In this document: positions 28,257 through 36,708 of the stretch, in pieces
Numbering within the stretch: position 1 is the first letter of the stretch
Layout of the letters: each line of letters starts with the position of its first letter
DNA from: Candidatus Thorarchaeota archaeon
GTDB lineage: Archaea; Asgardarchaeota; Thorarchaeia; Thorarchaeales; Thorarchaeaceae
Length of the DNA: 39,150 nucleotides
Assembly: GCA_048882385.1 (NCBI GenBank)
Contig: JBHLRQ010000021.1
Coordinates: 1 to 39,150 of the forward strand
Direction: 5' to 3'
Notes under the pieces: generated by a model
What the model saw: only the letters and a program-made list of their open reading frames with translations
The model's database searches: none
Told to the model about the DNA's origin: nothing
Position numbers and translations under genes: made by a program

Positions 28257-28801
28257 TACATATCATCTCGCATTGTCATTATTGATAAAATGTCTTCATC
28301 CCGCGTCAAGACCGATAGACCTGTCCAATCTCCTACTATCTCAACCAACATCGTTTTGTCTGGGTCATCAAGATTTACTATTCTAGGAATTTCAGCGGCA
28401 ACTGCAGTGACGACTTCCATATTCTCAAGATCCGTATGTCTACGTCGTACTGTAACCCTAAAGCTATCATCCTCTGCAATCTTTGGAAGAAGTTTCTGAG
28501 CAGCCTTGACGATATCTTCAATTGTTGAGTCAACACACTCTTCAAGGGGAGTAAACCGTATAGCAAATCTGAACTGATACGGGTTCTCAATTGCAAACTC
28601 TCGAAGTCTATGTACCACTTCAAATGGATCTAGCGAGGTCTTGCATGCAAGAAGTCCTGAGATATGAGTCTGCGATACTTTGAGATTTGAATCTTCAAGT
28701 AAATCTCCAACAAAGTACATGATTTCTGATTTTGCAGCCCGTTCGCGGTCCCTCGGGCATGCAACAAGCAAATTATATTCTCGCAGTCTATCTCGCCTCA
28801 C
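28253..28801 (-). CDS. THUMP-domain RNA-binding protein (Tan1-like)
   Basis: YNLLV.., SFRVTVRRR, VNLDDPDKTMLVEIVG. Confidence 0.88.
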   Translation of the reverse strand: MRRDRLREYNLLVACPRDRERAAKSEIMYFVGDLLEDSNLKVSQTHISGLLACKTSLDPFEVVHRLREFAIENPYQFRFAIRFTPLEECVDSTIEDIVKAAQKLLPKIAEDDSFRVTVRRRHTDLENMEVVTAVAAEIPRIVNLDDPDKTMLVEIVGDWTGLSVLTRDEDILSIMTMRDDMY

Positions 28802-29508
28802 ATATCTGCTTCAATTATGCGAGTAGTCCAGAAACGTAATGCATCAGCATCGACTTTCAACGATTGAGAGATATCTTCAATTGAAAGCGCTCCCTCTCTG
28901 TATATCTTGATATTCAGGCTATCTCCATTCTCTACTGATTCCTGAACACCTATGATTGTGGAATTATTATTGGCTGAAGAAACTCCCCCATCAATGTAGA
29001 GGTCGACTTCATCGCCAAGTTGATCTAAAGCCACTGTCAAGTCGAAAGGACTTGGTCCACCACTTCGATTTGCACTGGTACCGATTATTGGTCCGTCTAT
29101 CTTTTTAGCAATTCCTCTAGGAACTACATGATTTGGCACTCTTATTGCAATCGAATTGCGTCCAGCTGTGATATGACTAGGGATATTTGGCTTTACATCT
29201 ACAATAAGCGTCAGTGCGCCTGGCCAAAATATCCTCGCAATGATTTTTTCTAAATCGCCAAAATCATGATATGTTTCACATTGAGAGATGTCTGAGAATA
29301 GTAATGGAAACCCCAATCTCCTATCGCGTCGCTTGACTGCAATTAGACGTTCAAGAGCGTTGCGGTTTCTTGGGTCGCAACCAAGCCCATAACTCGTGTC
29401 TGTAGGATATGCTACAATTCCTCCTGAAGAGATGACTTCTGCTGCTCGATCGATGACACTACTACAGTTTTCTAAATCATCAATCGTCATTATCTCAGCT
29501 GTCAACAA
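28798..29508 (-). CDS. sua5: Threonylcarbamoyl-AMP synthase (Sua5/YrdC/TsaC)
   Basis: YPTDTSYGLG, KRR, FWPGALT, IRVP, TSANRSG, STII. Confidence 0.93.
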   Translation of the reverse strand: MLTAEIMTIDDLENCSSVIDRAAEVISSGGIVAYPTDTSYGLGCDPRNRNALERLIAVKRRDRRLGFPLLFSDISQCETYHDFGDLEKIIARIFWPGALTLIVDVKPNIPSHITAGRNSIAIRVPNHVVPRGIAKKIDGPIIGTSANRSGGPSPFDLTVALDQLGDEVDLYIDGGVSSANNNSTIIGVQESVENGDSLNIKIYREGALSIEDISQSLKVDADALRFWTTRIIEADM

Positions 29509-29591
29509 ATCATCCCAGTTTACTCCCTACAAACATACATATGTCACTTGCGTTCGATGAGTCTTCCTAAGGAGGAATTTACATCTACGGA

Positions 29592-30605
29592 GTGATTCTC
29601 GCGGCTGGAAAAGGAGAGAGAATGAGCCCTTTAACAGAGAAGTTACCAAAAGCACTCCTAAACATAGGTGGAAAGACGCTAATCGACTGGGCTATTGAAA
29701 GATTATTGCACGCTGGCATAAGGAGGATAGTAGTCGCGGTTGGTTGGAAAGGATCTATAGTTGAAGATTACTTGGCCACAAAATCGTACAATGATGTCTG
29801 TATTGTTGATGTTGCGGACTATGAAATTGGGCCTCTGCAGACTCTTATGACTGCACTCGAAACATTTGATGATGATTTTCTATTGACACCTGTTGACCTA
29901 TTGGTTGATCCGTCTGTTGTATCAGGAATGCTCAATTACTATTCCGCAACTGCTGAACCTCGAAATATGACTCTTGCAATAGACTTTGGTGCAAAAGATT
30001 CTGGAACTTTCGTTAATGTGTCAGAAAACAATCTCATTACAGGTATAGGAGGCGAGATTTCAGACAAATCCACAACGGGACGAAGTGCGATGTTGTTTAT
30101 TGGCAACTCACAGCTAGCCAAGAACTGTAAAGAAGCACTAACTGCTGGAGAAACAAAGTTTGGTTCGCTCCTCAATCAACTGATTCAGAATGGTCGTCAA
30201 CTGATGTACTATCCCACAGAAAGTCATGGTATTGATATCGATACATTCCCTGATCTCCTCTCAGCCAATCGTTATATCCTACAGAGAAGTGAATTCTATC
30301 AATTCGGACAAGTTCTTGTTCCTGCAGGAGATAGGATTGAAATCGGAAGCACTCTTGAACTAGGCTCAAGAATAATCTTACAAAGAGAAACAGAGCTAAT
30401 TGGTCCAGTTTTGATATCTTCTGGAAGTATTATTGGTGAAGGGTGTCGCATTGGTCCCAACTGCACAATAGATACAAACTGCAGACTTTTTTCTGGATGC
30501 GAAGTTTCTGATGCAATTATATTTGGTGAATCAATAATTTCCGCTCAGAGTCGATTACACAATGTGATTGTCTACAAATCCGAACAATATCAGGTGGAGC
30601 AATGA
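29592..30605 (+). CDS. Nucleotidyltransferase (NDP-sugar pyrophosphorylase family) with C-terminal left-handed beta helix
   Basis: ILAAGKGERMSPLT..PKALL, DIDT..DL, hexapeptide repeats IGEGCRIGPNC. True start may be a few codons upstream. Confidence 0.88.
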   Translation: MILAAGKGERMSPLTEKLPKALLNIGGKTLIDWAIERLLHAGIRRIVVAVGWKGSIVEDYLATKSYNDVCIVDVADYEIGPLQTLMTALETFDDDFLLTPVDLLVDPSVVSGMLNYYSATAEPRNMTLAIDFGAKDSGTFVNVSENNLITGIGGEISDKSTTGRSAMLFIGNSQLAKNCKEALTAGETKFGSLLNQLIQNGRQLMYYPTESHGIDIDTFPDLLSANRYILQRSEFYQFGQVLVPAGDRIEIGSTLELGSRIILQRETELIGPVLISSGSIIGEGCRIGPNCTIDTNCRLFSGCEVSDAIIFGESIISAQSRLHNVIVYKSEQYQVEQ

Positions 30606-30608
30606 ATA

Positions 30609-31223
30609 ATGCCAAGTAAATTCAGAGTCAGACGTATCTTCAGAGGTCTTGTGAATGTAATCGCAAGACCATTGGCACGTGCTGGAGCAAAGCCGAACAC
30701 AATTACTTACTTCAGCTTGCTACTGGCTCTAATAGCAGCGCTTGTTCTCAACTTAGCAGGATCAGCAATAATCTTCGGGGTGTTCGTATTCCTATCTGGT
30801 CTTTTTGATGGTGTTGATGGAGCTGTTGCTCGTGAAAGAGGAATCTCATCAGATGTCGGTGCTTTTACGGATTCAGTGATAGACAAGATATCTGAGGTTT
30901 TGATTCTTGGTGCAATTGCTATCGAATACTTGGATACAACCTTCATAGGACTACCAGTAACCTTGTGGGTATTACTTGCAGTAGCAGGCTGGCTATTAAC
31001 AAGCTATACGCGAGCTCGAGCAACGAGTTTGGGTGTAGTAGACCTAGATATTGGTCTAGGGGGTCGATCTGAGAGACTATTCACATTAGTGGTCTTCTCA
31101 ATTTTGGATTTATTGTTATGGGGTTTGGTTGTTGTTAGCTTAATGGGAATTCTTACTGCTGTATACAGATTTCATCAATATGGAAAAGAGATTGTTCGAA
31201 CTCAGCTGGAAAGAAACACTTGA
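30609..31223 (+). CDS. CDP-alcohol phosphatidyltransferase (archaetidylinositol-phosphate synthase/PgsA-like)
   Basis: PNTIT, DGVDGAVAR..G..DSVID signature, SYTRARA, GRSERL. Confidence 0.9.
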   Translation: MPSKFRVRRIFRGLVNVIARPLARAGAKPNTITYFSLLLALIAALVLNLAGSAIIFGVFVFLSGLFDGVDGAVARERGISSDVGAFTDSVIDKISEVLILGAIAIEYLDTTFIGLPVTLWVLLAVAGWLLTSYTRARATSLGVVDLDIGLGGRSERLFTLVVFSILDLLLWGLVVVSLMGILTAVYRFHQYGKEIVRTQLERNT

Positions 31224-31295
31224 TTTCAGACCATCATACTTAAGAGTCAAAGCAATCAGGCCGCGTACGATTCACTGGATGGAGTCAGAAAAATC

Positions 31296-31715
31296 ATGGC
31301 GAAGTTCCGAGCAGACCATTATCTTTTAGCAGAATTCAAAGAAATTTCTGACACAAAGAAAGTTGGAGATCAAGTACTTGCAGCGTTAAAGGAATTGCCC
31401 GAATTGAAGGATCTTGCTATAGTTTCAAAACGCATGGAAGGCAAATCTTGGTCTGAGATTCTCGGCCGGATTGACGTCCCAGCTGGCTCAAAGGCTTTTT
31501 GGGCGATGATCAAGAAAGACCTCACACAAAGAGAACCCTACCACCTTTTCATTAGATTTGATATGAATGCCGAAGGTGAAAGCATTGAGGATGCTCGGTC
31601 AAATGTAAAGAGCTGGGTCGAAGGCAATGTGGTACCCAAAATTGAAGCTAAAACTGATGTGAAAACAATCAAAGTCCTGCAACCAGATGAAGTTTTCATG
31701 CCAAAACTGGACTAG
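31296..31715 (+). CDS. Hypothetical soluble protein
   Basis: 139-aa ORF with ATG and an upstream GGAG; no family recognised. Confidence 0.7.
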   Translation: MAKFRADHYLLAEFKEISDTKKVGDQVLAALKELPELKDLAIVSKRMEGKSWSEILGRIDVPAGSKAFWAMIKKDLTQREPYHLFIRFDMNAEGESIEDARSNVKSWVEGNVVPKIEAKTDVKTIKVLQPDEVFMPKLD

Positions 31716-31717
31716 GA

Positions 31718-32728
31718 TTAGTCCTCTTGAAGTACTTTAATCAGATACAAATCTGTTCCAACTGTCTGAATTATCTCATTGTTGGTATCACCAACAACGT
31801 CTCCTAAGCTAATATGAGATTCAACAGATTTTCCTTTTGTCTTGAGTGAGGTATCTTCAATGATTCTATTTCCAACTAAACTAAGGACAGTGATGTTCGA
31901 GTTTGCATGACTGGCTACGATCTGACCATTTCCGTTGTTCCAGAATTTGCCAATATTAATAGAAGTCACGTGCTTAGGAGCTTTGACAGAGTCAATTCTC
32001 TCTAAAGCACCTTTGATAATTCCAAAAAGGGTCAATTTTCGGCCTTCTGATACCGTCATTACTTCGCTATTGCCATCTTGAGTCATATCTCCAGAAGCAA
32101 CCAGGGTTATTTCTCCGCCTACTCTAATCTTTGCTCTTTCATGCAGTCTGTCATCTGCATACTGATACACGAATAGATGTCCGGAATCGTCACCAAAAAC
32201 AAAACGACTGTATGGGATACCTTTGCTCATTAGAGGTTGCATGGAGAAGATTGGTCTCTCTAGAACTTTGTGAGCAAGTTTGTCTAGGGCAATATCATAC
32301 CAACCATAGCATCTCAGAGTACCATCTGTTGTAGCAACCACGACTTCTGCTCTATCATCAGATAGAACATTCACCACCCCCACAGCTGTTGGTAGACTTC
32401 CCAAAGGTGTTACAGCTTTGACTTCCAATTTTCCATCCATATACGAAATGACTCGAAGGTTGTTATCGAGACTTCCCACAACAAAGTCCGGAAAGCCATT
32501 ACCTAGGACGTCTCCAATTCCCATAGCTGCCAGAGGGGGCAAGTCACTAACCAAGCCTATTTGTTCTAACGTCGACTTCCCTTTTTCCTGATAGTCATAG
32601 ATTCTGACGTCGCCATTCAGTGTTGAAACTACAGGGTTTGCCTTTCCGTCAGATGTCATATCAACTAGATCTATAGAAGTGATAACCTCTTTGAAGGGCA
32701 CCTTTGCAAGAACTTCAAGCTTGGTCAT
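31718..32728 (-). CDS. Seven-bladed FG-GAP-like beta-propeller protein, no signal peptide
   Basis: Seven repeats of about 45 aa, e.g. GDVLGNGFPDFVVGSLDNNLRVI, GDMTQDGNSEVMTVS, GDVVGDTNNEII. Confidence 0.8.
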   Translation of the reverse strand: MTKLEVLAKVPFKEVITSIDLVDMTSDGKANPVVSTLNGDVRIYDYQEKGKSTLEQIGLVSDLPPLAAMGIGDVLGNGFPDFVVGSLDNNLRVISYMDGKLEVKAVTPLGSLPTAVGVVNVLSDDRAEVVVATTDGTLRCYGWYDIALDKLAHKVLERPIFSMQPLMSKGIPYSRFVFGDDSGHLFVYQYADDRLHERAKIRVGGEITLVASGDMTQDGNSEVMTVSEGRKLTLFGIIKGALERIDSVKAPKHVTSINIGKFWNNGNGQIVASHANSNITVLSLVGNRIIEDTSLKTKGKSVESHISLGDVVGDTNNEIIQTVGTDLYLIKVLQED

Positions 32729-32873
32729 CTGGAAGGTCCTCTCTAATTAGAGGGCTAATTATGATGGTGGACAACCTCGCTGTAATTAAAACTTGTTCCA
32801 TCAGAATACTAATCTAACTACTAGATAAACTACTGATGGGCTTAAGACATAGTTTGTAGAACGTGGTATTGCA

Positions 32874-33419
32874 ATGAACACGAAGGAAGAGAGTACGTTA
32901 TTGGATGAGGATGAGTGGGCTGCTAGCTCTGATGCTGTTACTGAGGAGTTACAGTCATTTGTCAAGGAGTTTGGGTCTTTCACACCTGAGTTATTCGTAC
33001 AAATCAAATTCCACCTCTTGAGAGGTTCGGGATTATCAAAAAACACTCGTGACGAACTCTGTGTTCTCTCAATAAACAATGGATTTTGTCCAAATTGTGA
33101 TTTACTCTACCAAGCAAAGAAATGTCTACTCTGGTATCGATTGTTCAAAATAATCCGGTGGGAAATTGTTGAAAGAGCACCACCTTGCATTAGATTAGCG
33201 TTTGCAAAAAGGAGCATAAAGACGGTCGCGATTTATCTGACAAAGGCCAACCTCATAGATGCCGCTTATTACAAAGCCAAGGGGTCAACTTCCTGTAACA
33301 CGATGCGTCGATGGGGATATTGTCATCCGAATGAATATTGCAGAGCGATGGAAACTGGCAACACACTTGAATATACAGCTGCAAGAGAACGTGTAAAACG
33401 CGCTCGGAAAATCAAGTAA
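32874..33419 (+). CDS. Cys-rich protein resembling the Fe-S C-terminal domain of primase large subunit (PriL)
   Basis: APPCI..SCNTMRRWGYCHPNEYC..NTLEY resembles the PriL pattern PPC..SCxT..GxC..C..PLxY. Confidence 0.55.
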   Translation: MNTKEESTLLDEDEWAASSDAVTEELQSFVKEFGSFTPELFVQIKFHLLRGSGLSKNTRDELCVLSINNGFCPNCDLLYQAKKCLLWYRLFKIIRWEIVERAPPCIRLAFAKRSIKTVAIYLTKANLIDAAYYKAKGSTSCNTMRRWGYCHPNEYCRAMETGNTLEYTAARERVKRARKIK

Positions 33420-33475
33420 ATCATTGTTATGCCTTAAATACTCCCAAACGTCCTTGTTTCAGGGGTTTATTGATT

Positions 33476-34984
33476 ATGACCGATGATCTTGATGTCGAAA
33501 CTGTCAGGATAATTCGTCTTACTGGACTCAGAGAAGCTGAAATCACTTCCGCCAGAAAAGAACAAAACACAACGTGGACGAAAATCCAGAATACGATTGA
33601 AAATCATAATCGATTCATCAAAATGGGTGAAAGGCATACTCGGCAAAAAGCTGTCCAAGACCCTGTTCACGGAGCGATTCTTCTCGAGCCATGGGAACTC
33701 GACATCATATCAACATGGGAAATGCTTCGACTTCGATATGTCCGACAACTTGGTCCTGCACATCTAGTCTATCCTGGAGCAACACATACAAGGTTTGAAC
33801 ACTGTATCGGAACCAACTTTCTTGCTCAGAAATCAATCCGAGTAGTGAACTACTGTGAAGACCTCGATAAAGCTTGTTTTGTGCCTTTTTCAGGACTGAT
33901 TGATGATTATCATCAGAAGATATTCAGAGCTGGGGCACTGCTTCATGATGTTGGACATCCTCCTACTTCTCACACAATTGAATATGCTCTACATTCTTGG
34001 GTTGGTCTTGACCACTTAGATTTGGGTACGTTCCTAATTCTGAATAGCAGTCTGAATGATACCTTGAAAGAAAATGATATTGATCCAAAGGATGTAGTCA
34101 ATATTCTTCGGAGGAAGACGAATGAACCAATCAAAGAGCTGCTTTCTGAATTTCTTGATCATCCATTGGATATTGATAAAACAGACTACCTGATTAGAGA
34201 CGCACACTTCAGCGGGGTTCAGTTAGGCATTTTCCCTGCCGAGAGAGTCCTGCTTACAAATCGAGTTGTAAGAAACAAGAAAGGCAATTACATCCGAGCT
34301 TTTATGCTAAAAGCAATTCATTCTTTGGAAGCATTGATTCTCAGTAGAAACTGGATGTTTAGTGATCTCTACTTACACCATGCTGTCAAGCTGGCTGAAG
34401 CATTGATCTCAAAGGCGACTTATTTCAGAATGAAAGAAGAGGATTTGTCAAAGAATGAGTGCGTAGGCTTCTTTACCCGCATGACAGATGGAGACCTTTT
34501 CAGATGGCTTGAGAATTCAGATATCGATTTCGTAAGAGAATATGCTTCCAGGATTCGTTATCGCAAACTGTTCAAAGTCGTGTTATCGAGACCACTTACC
34601 TCGTTTGAGAGAGATACCGAAAAGCGCTTTCGAGAGATGATTCAGAACATTCCTCTATTGATCGAAGCCGAGAACGAGCTCGCTGATGTGGAGGGAAGTG
34701 TTGTCATTGATGTCGTCGATCCACCTCTAGGAGAAAAAACCCTTGGGAAGATACCTCTTCTTGTAGGTGGAGAAACAGGCTTTGATATTGTGAGTCTTGA
34801 TGAAACTAATGAAGGTCGTCCATTGATGCATATTCTTGAACAGCAATCACGAACAATCCCCTCAGTGAGGGTTTATGCCGATGCAAGTATCACAGACAAG
34901 ATACGGAAGCGATTCGACAAGTTATTCCCTATTGCTGATAGTCCTACATACCGAGAAGATGAGTATGACCTTACTGAATACTAA
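33476..34984 (+). CDS. HD-domain phosphohydrolase, SAMHD1/dNTP triphosphohydrolase-like
   Basis: DPVHG, RLRYVRQLG, VYPGATHTRFEH, LLHDVGH..SH, DIDKTDYLIRD, LYLHH. TATA-like TTAAATA at 33434-33440. Confidence 0.9.
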   Translation: MTDDLDVETVRIIRLTGLREAEITSARKEQNTTWTKIQNTIENHNRFIKMGERHTRQKAVQDPVHGAILLEPWELDIISTWEMLRLRYVRQLGPAHLVYPGATHTRFEHCIGTNFLAQKSIRVVNYCEDLDKACFVPFSGLIDDYHQKIFRAGALLHDVGHPPTSHTIEYALHSWVGLDHLDLGTFLILNSSLNDTLKENDIDPKDVVNILRRKTNEPIKELLSEFLDHPLDIDKTDYLIRDAHFSGVQLGIFPAERVLLTNRVVRNKKGNYIRAFMLKAIHSLEALILSRNWMFSDLYLHHAVKLAEALISKATYFRMKEEDLSKNECVGFFTRMTDGDLFRWLENSDIDFVREYASRIRYRKLFKVVLSRPLTSFERDTEKRFREMIQNIPLLIEAENELADVEGSVVIDVVDPPLGEKTLGKIPLLVGGETGFDIVSLDETNEGRPLMHILEQQSRTIPSVRVYADASITDKIRKRFDKLFPIADSPTYREDEYDLTEY

Positions 34985-35666
34985 TCAGATGTTTTACTAA
35001 ATCCACTACTCGTTTGTACTCATGCTCAATATAGATGATGCCATATATTGCTTCTATGAGTGTCCCCTTGTCATGGTTGATTTCTGACTTGCTTGGCGTG
35101 TCAGGATCGAAATGAATGCGATAGTTATACAGATCCCATTTATCACACAGCTTTGCCATGTTCTCATTGCTCACAATTTCTGCCTTCCTTAAGGTAATCT
35201 TTCCCGCATCCCCCAAGTGCGGTTTCCATAGATGCTTAAGAACTGCTGATGATATAACCGCATCACCAACAAGTGCTAGTACTTTCGCCATCTCGCTTAG
35301 ATTGATCATTTGGGCAAATTCGTCTTGTCCTAAAAGATCCTCATTACTATTACGATAATGGGTATCTATCTCCAAGAAAATATTCTTGGTACTAGGCTGA
35401 AACATAGCAACAAGGAAAAGCTCATGGTTCTGAAATCTCACATTCAAGACATCTTGTAAGAATGGAATGAGATTCTCTTCTATGCGTTGAAAGGAGTTTT
35501 GAATATACCTGATATCCTCGAGCCACTTTTCGAGTTTGCCCAGAAGTCGAGTGTTATTCATTGGTGTACTAGCAAAGGTCGATTGAACTGCTTCAACAAG
35601 TGCATTCATGCGACGTTTTAGCTGTATTGGATTCCAAGAAAGTGCCAAGTGTGAATTATCAGTCAA
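34971..35666 (-). CDS. Ribonuclease III-domain protein without dsRBD
   Basis: LNVRFQNHELF..AM..PS, LALVGDAVI, GKITLRKAEIVSNENMA, GTLIEAIYGIIY follow the RNase III domain pattern. Probable start TTG 35666, just after the upstream stop. Confidence 0.75.
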   Translation of the reverse strand: MTDNSHLALSWNPIQLKRRMNALVEAVQSTFASTPMNNTRLLGKLEKWLEDIRYIQNSFQRIEENLIPFLQDVLNVRFQNHELFLVAMFQPSTKNIFLEIDTHYRNSNEDLLGQDEFAQMINLSEMAKVLALVGDAVISSAVLKHLWKPHLGDAGKITLRKAEIVSNENMAKLCDKWDLYNYRIHFDPDTPSKSEINHDKGTLIEAIYGIIYIEHEYKRVVDLVKHLISIQ

Positions 35667-35679
35667 TATGTCACGTCCT

Positions 35680-36462
35680 TCAGTAATAGCTAACCTCCGC
35701 ATTATTTGCGTCGTAGCTTGTGACATGAAAAGCAGTAATTGAGTATTCGGCTGCCAATTTAGCCATTGCAAGTGCCACAAGTGGAGGTCCCAATGTCAAA
35801 TCAATGACAATATCATGGTCGTTAATGTGCTTCAAGATAGTATCCTCCAGGAAATCGCAGGTCCCTTGAAGATTGCCATACTCGTGTGTTTCTCGAGTTC
35901 CCGTGACATTGTCAGGAACCTCATTCCATTCTGTAGTCCATACTCGAAAAGCATCATCAGGAATGAACCGATCTAAAATCCTTGACACACCTCTTGTCCA
36001 ATGTATGGCTTCAACGAAAACCAATAGTTGTTTTGGATTGAAGTGAGGATTATTGGCTAGCCACTGCACAAATGGTCGCTGCTCTTCAGGATTGCTCAGC
36101 GAAGTAACATACATTAGCGGTTTTGTGATTCCTAGAGCTCGACGCACCGGGATTATAGCCCGAGGGTCTAGTTCGAAAAGGCGGTACTGTGATTGTTTCC
36201 AACTGACAATAATTCCAAGTTCTTCAAGACGACCTGTGTTGTGGTAGAGTTTGGGACTGGTCACTTCAATCGTTTCAGCCTCCTTCTTGGTAAGAGCACG
36301 TCCTTTCCTCTTGACCTCTTGAGCCTGCATATCCCTTCGAATAGCTTCCCGCAGTTCAGTTCCTGTCTTCAGTCCCCCCTCAAGGTGATCAAGGATAATC
36401 CTTCTAGCCCTGACAGTTTCAATTTCTTCTCTTATGATGTCTTCAACAGACTTTCTGAGCAT
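35680..36462 (-). CDS. Winged-HTH protein with C-terminal CARF-like Rossmann domain
   Basis: N-terminal RRIILDHL..T.TEL..KLYHN..RLEELGII wHTH; C-terminal IVIDLTLGPP..LAM..AAEY.I..FHV resembles CARF motif II. Confidence 0.6.
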   Translation of the reverse strand: MLRKSVEDIIREEIETVRARRIILDHLEGGLKTGTELREAIRRDMQAQEVKRKGRALTKKEAETIEVTSPKLYHNTGRLEELGIIVSWKQSQYRLFELDPRAIIPVRRALGITKPLMYVTSLSNPEEQRPFVQWLANNPHFNPKQLLVFVEAIHWTRGVSRILDRFIPDDAFRVWTTEWNEVPDNVTGTRETHEYGNLQGTCDFLEDTILKHINDHDIVIDLTLGPPLVALAMAKLAAEYSITAFHVTSYDANNAEVSYY

Positions 36463-36627
36463 CTCTGGCCACCGTTCGCGGAGGTATTAGCTAGTAATTA
36501 CGAGTATTAAACTTTTATACTTATCGAAGGTAATGTCCAGAAAGCCTCGAAAAATGGGCCAAAAACACGGCATCATATATATACATTAGATACTTTTCGA
36601 AATAGTTTGAGTTTAACGGACGTACCC

Positions 36628-36634
36628 TTAAATA
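36628..36634 (+). promoter_or_regulatory. TATA-box candidate for actin (TTAAATA)
   Basis: Archaeal TATA consensus about 75 bp upstream of the actin ATG; another TA-run lies at 36575-36583. Confidence 0.4.
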
Positions 36635-36708
36635 GACTCCGCCTGAACAAAAAACTAGAACAAGGTCTCAAGGACTTTGAACTAATCACAAACGAGGACC
36701 GATAAAAA

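Noticed and set aside
29592-31223. Possible IPCT/DIPPS di-myo-inositol-phosphate pathway pair
   Set aside because: The nucleotidyltransferase has a left-handed beta-helix typical of sugar-phosphate pyrophosphorylases and the transferase looks like a lipid synthase; cannot support the DIP call without a search.
35667-35780. Extended N-terminus of the RNase III-like ORF
   Set aside because: Would overlap the upstream wHTH-CARF-like gene by about 100 bp; TTG 35666 is more plausible.
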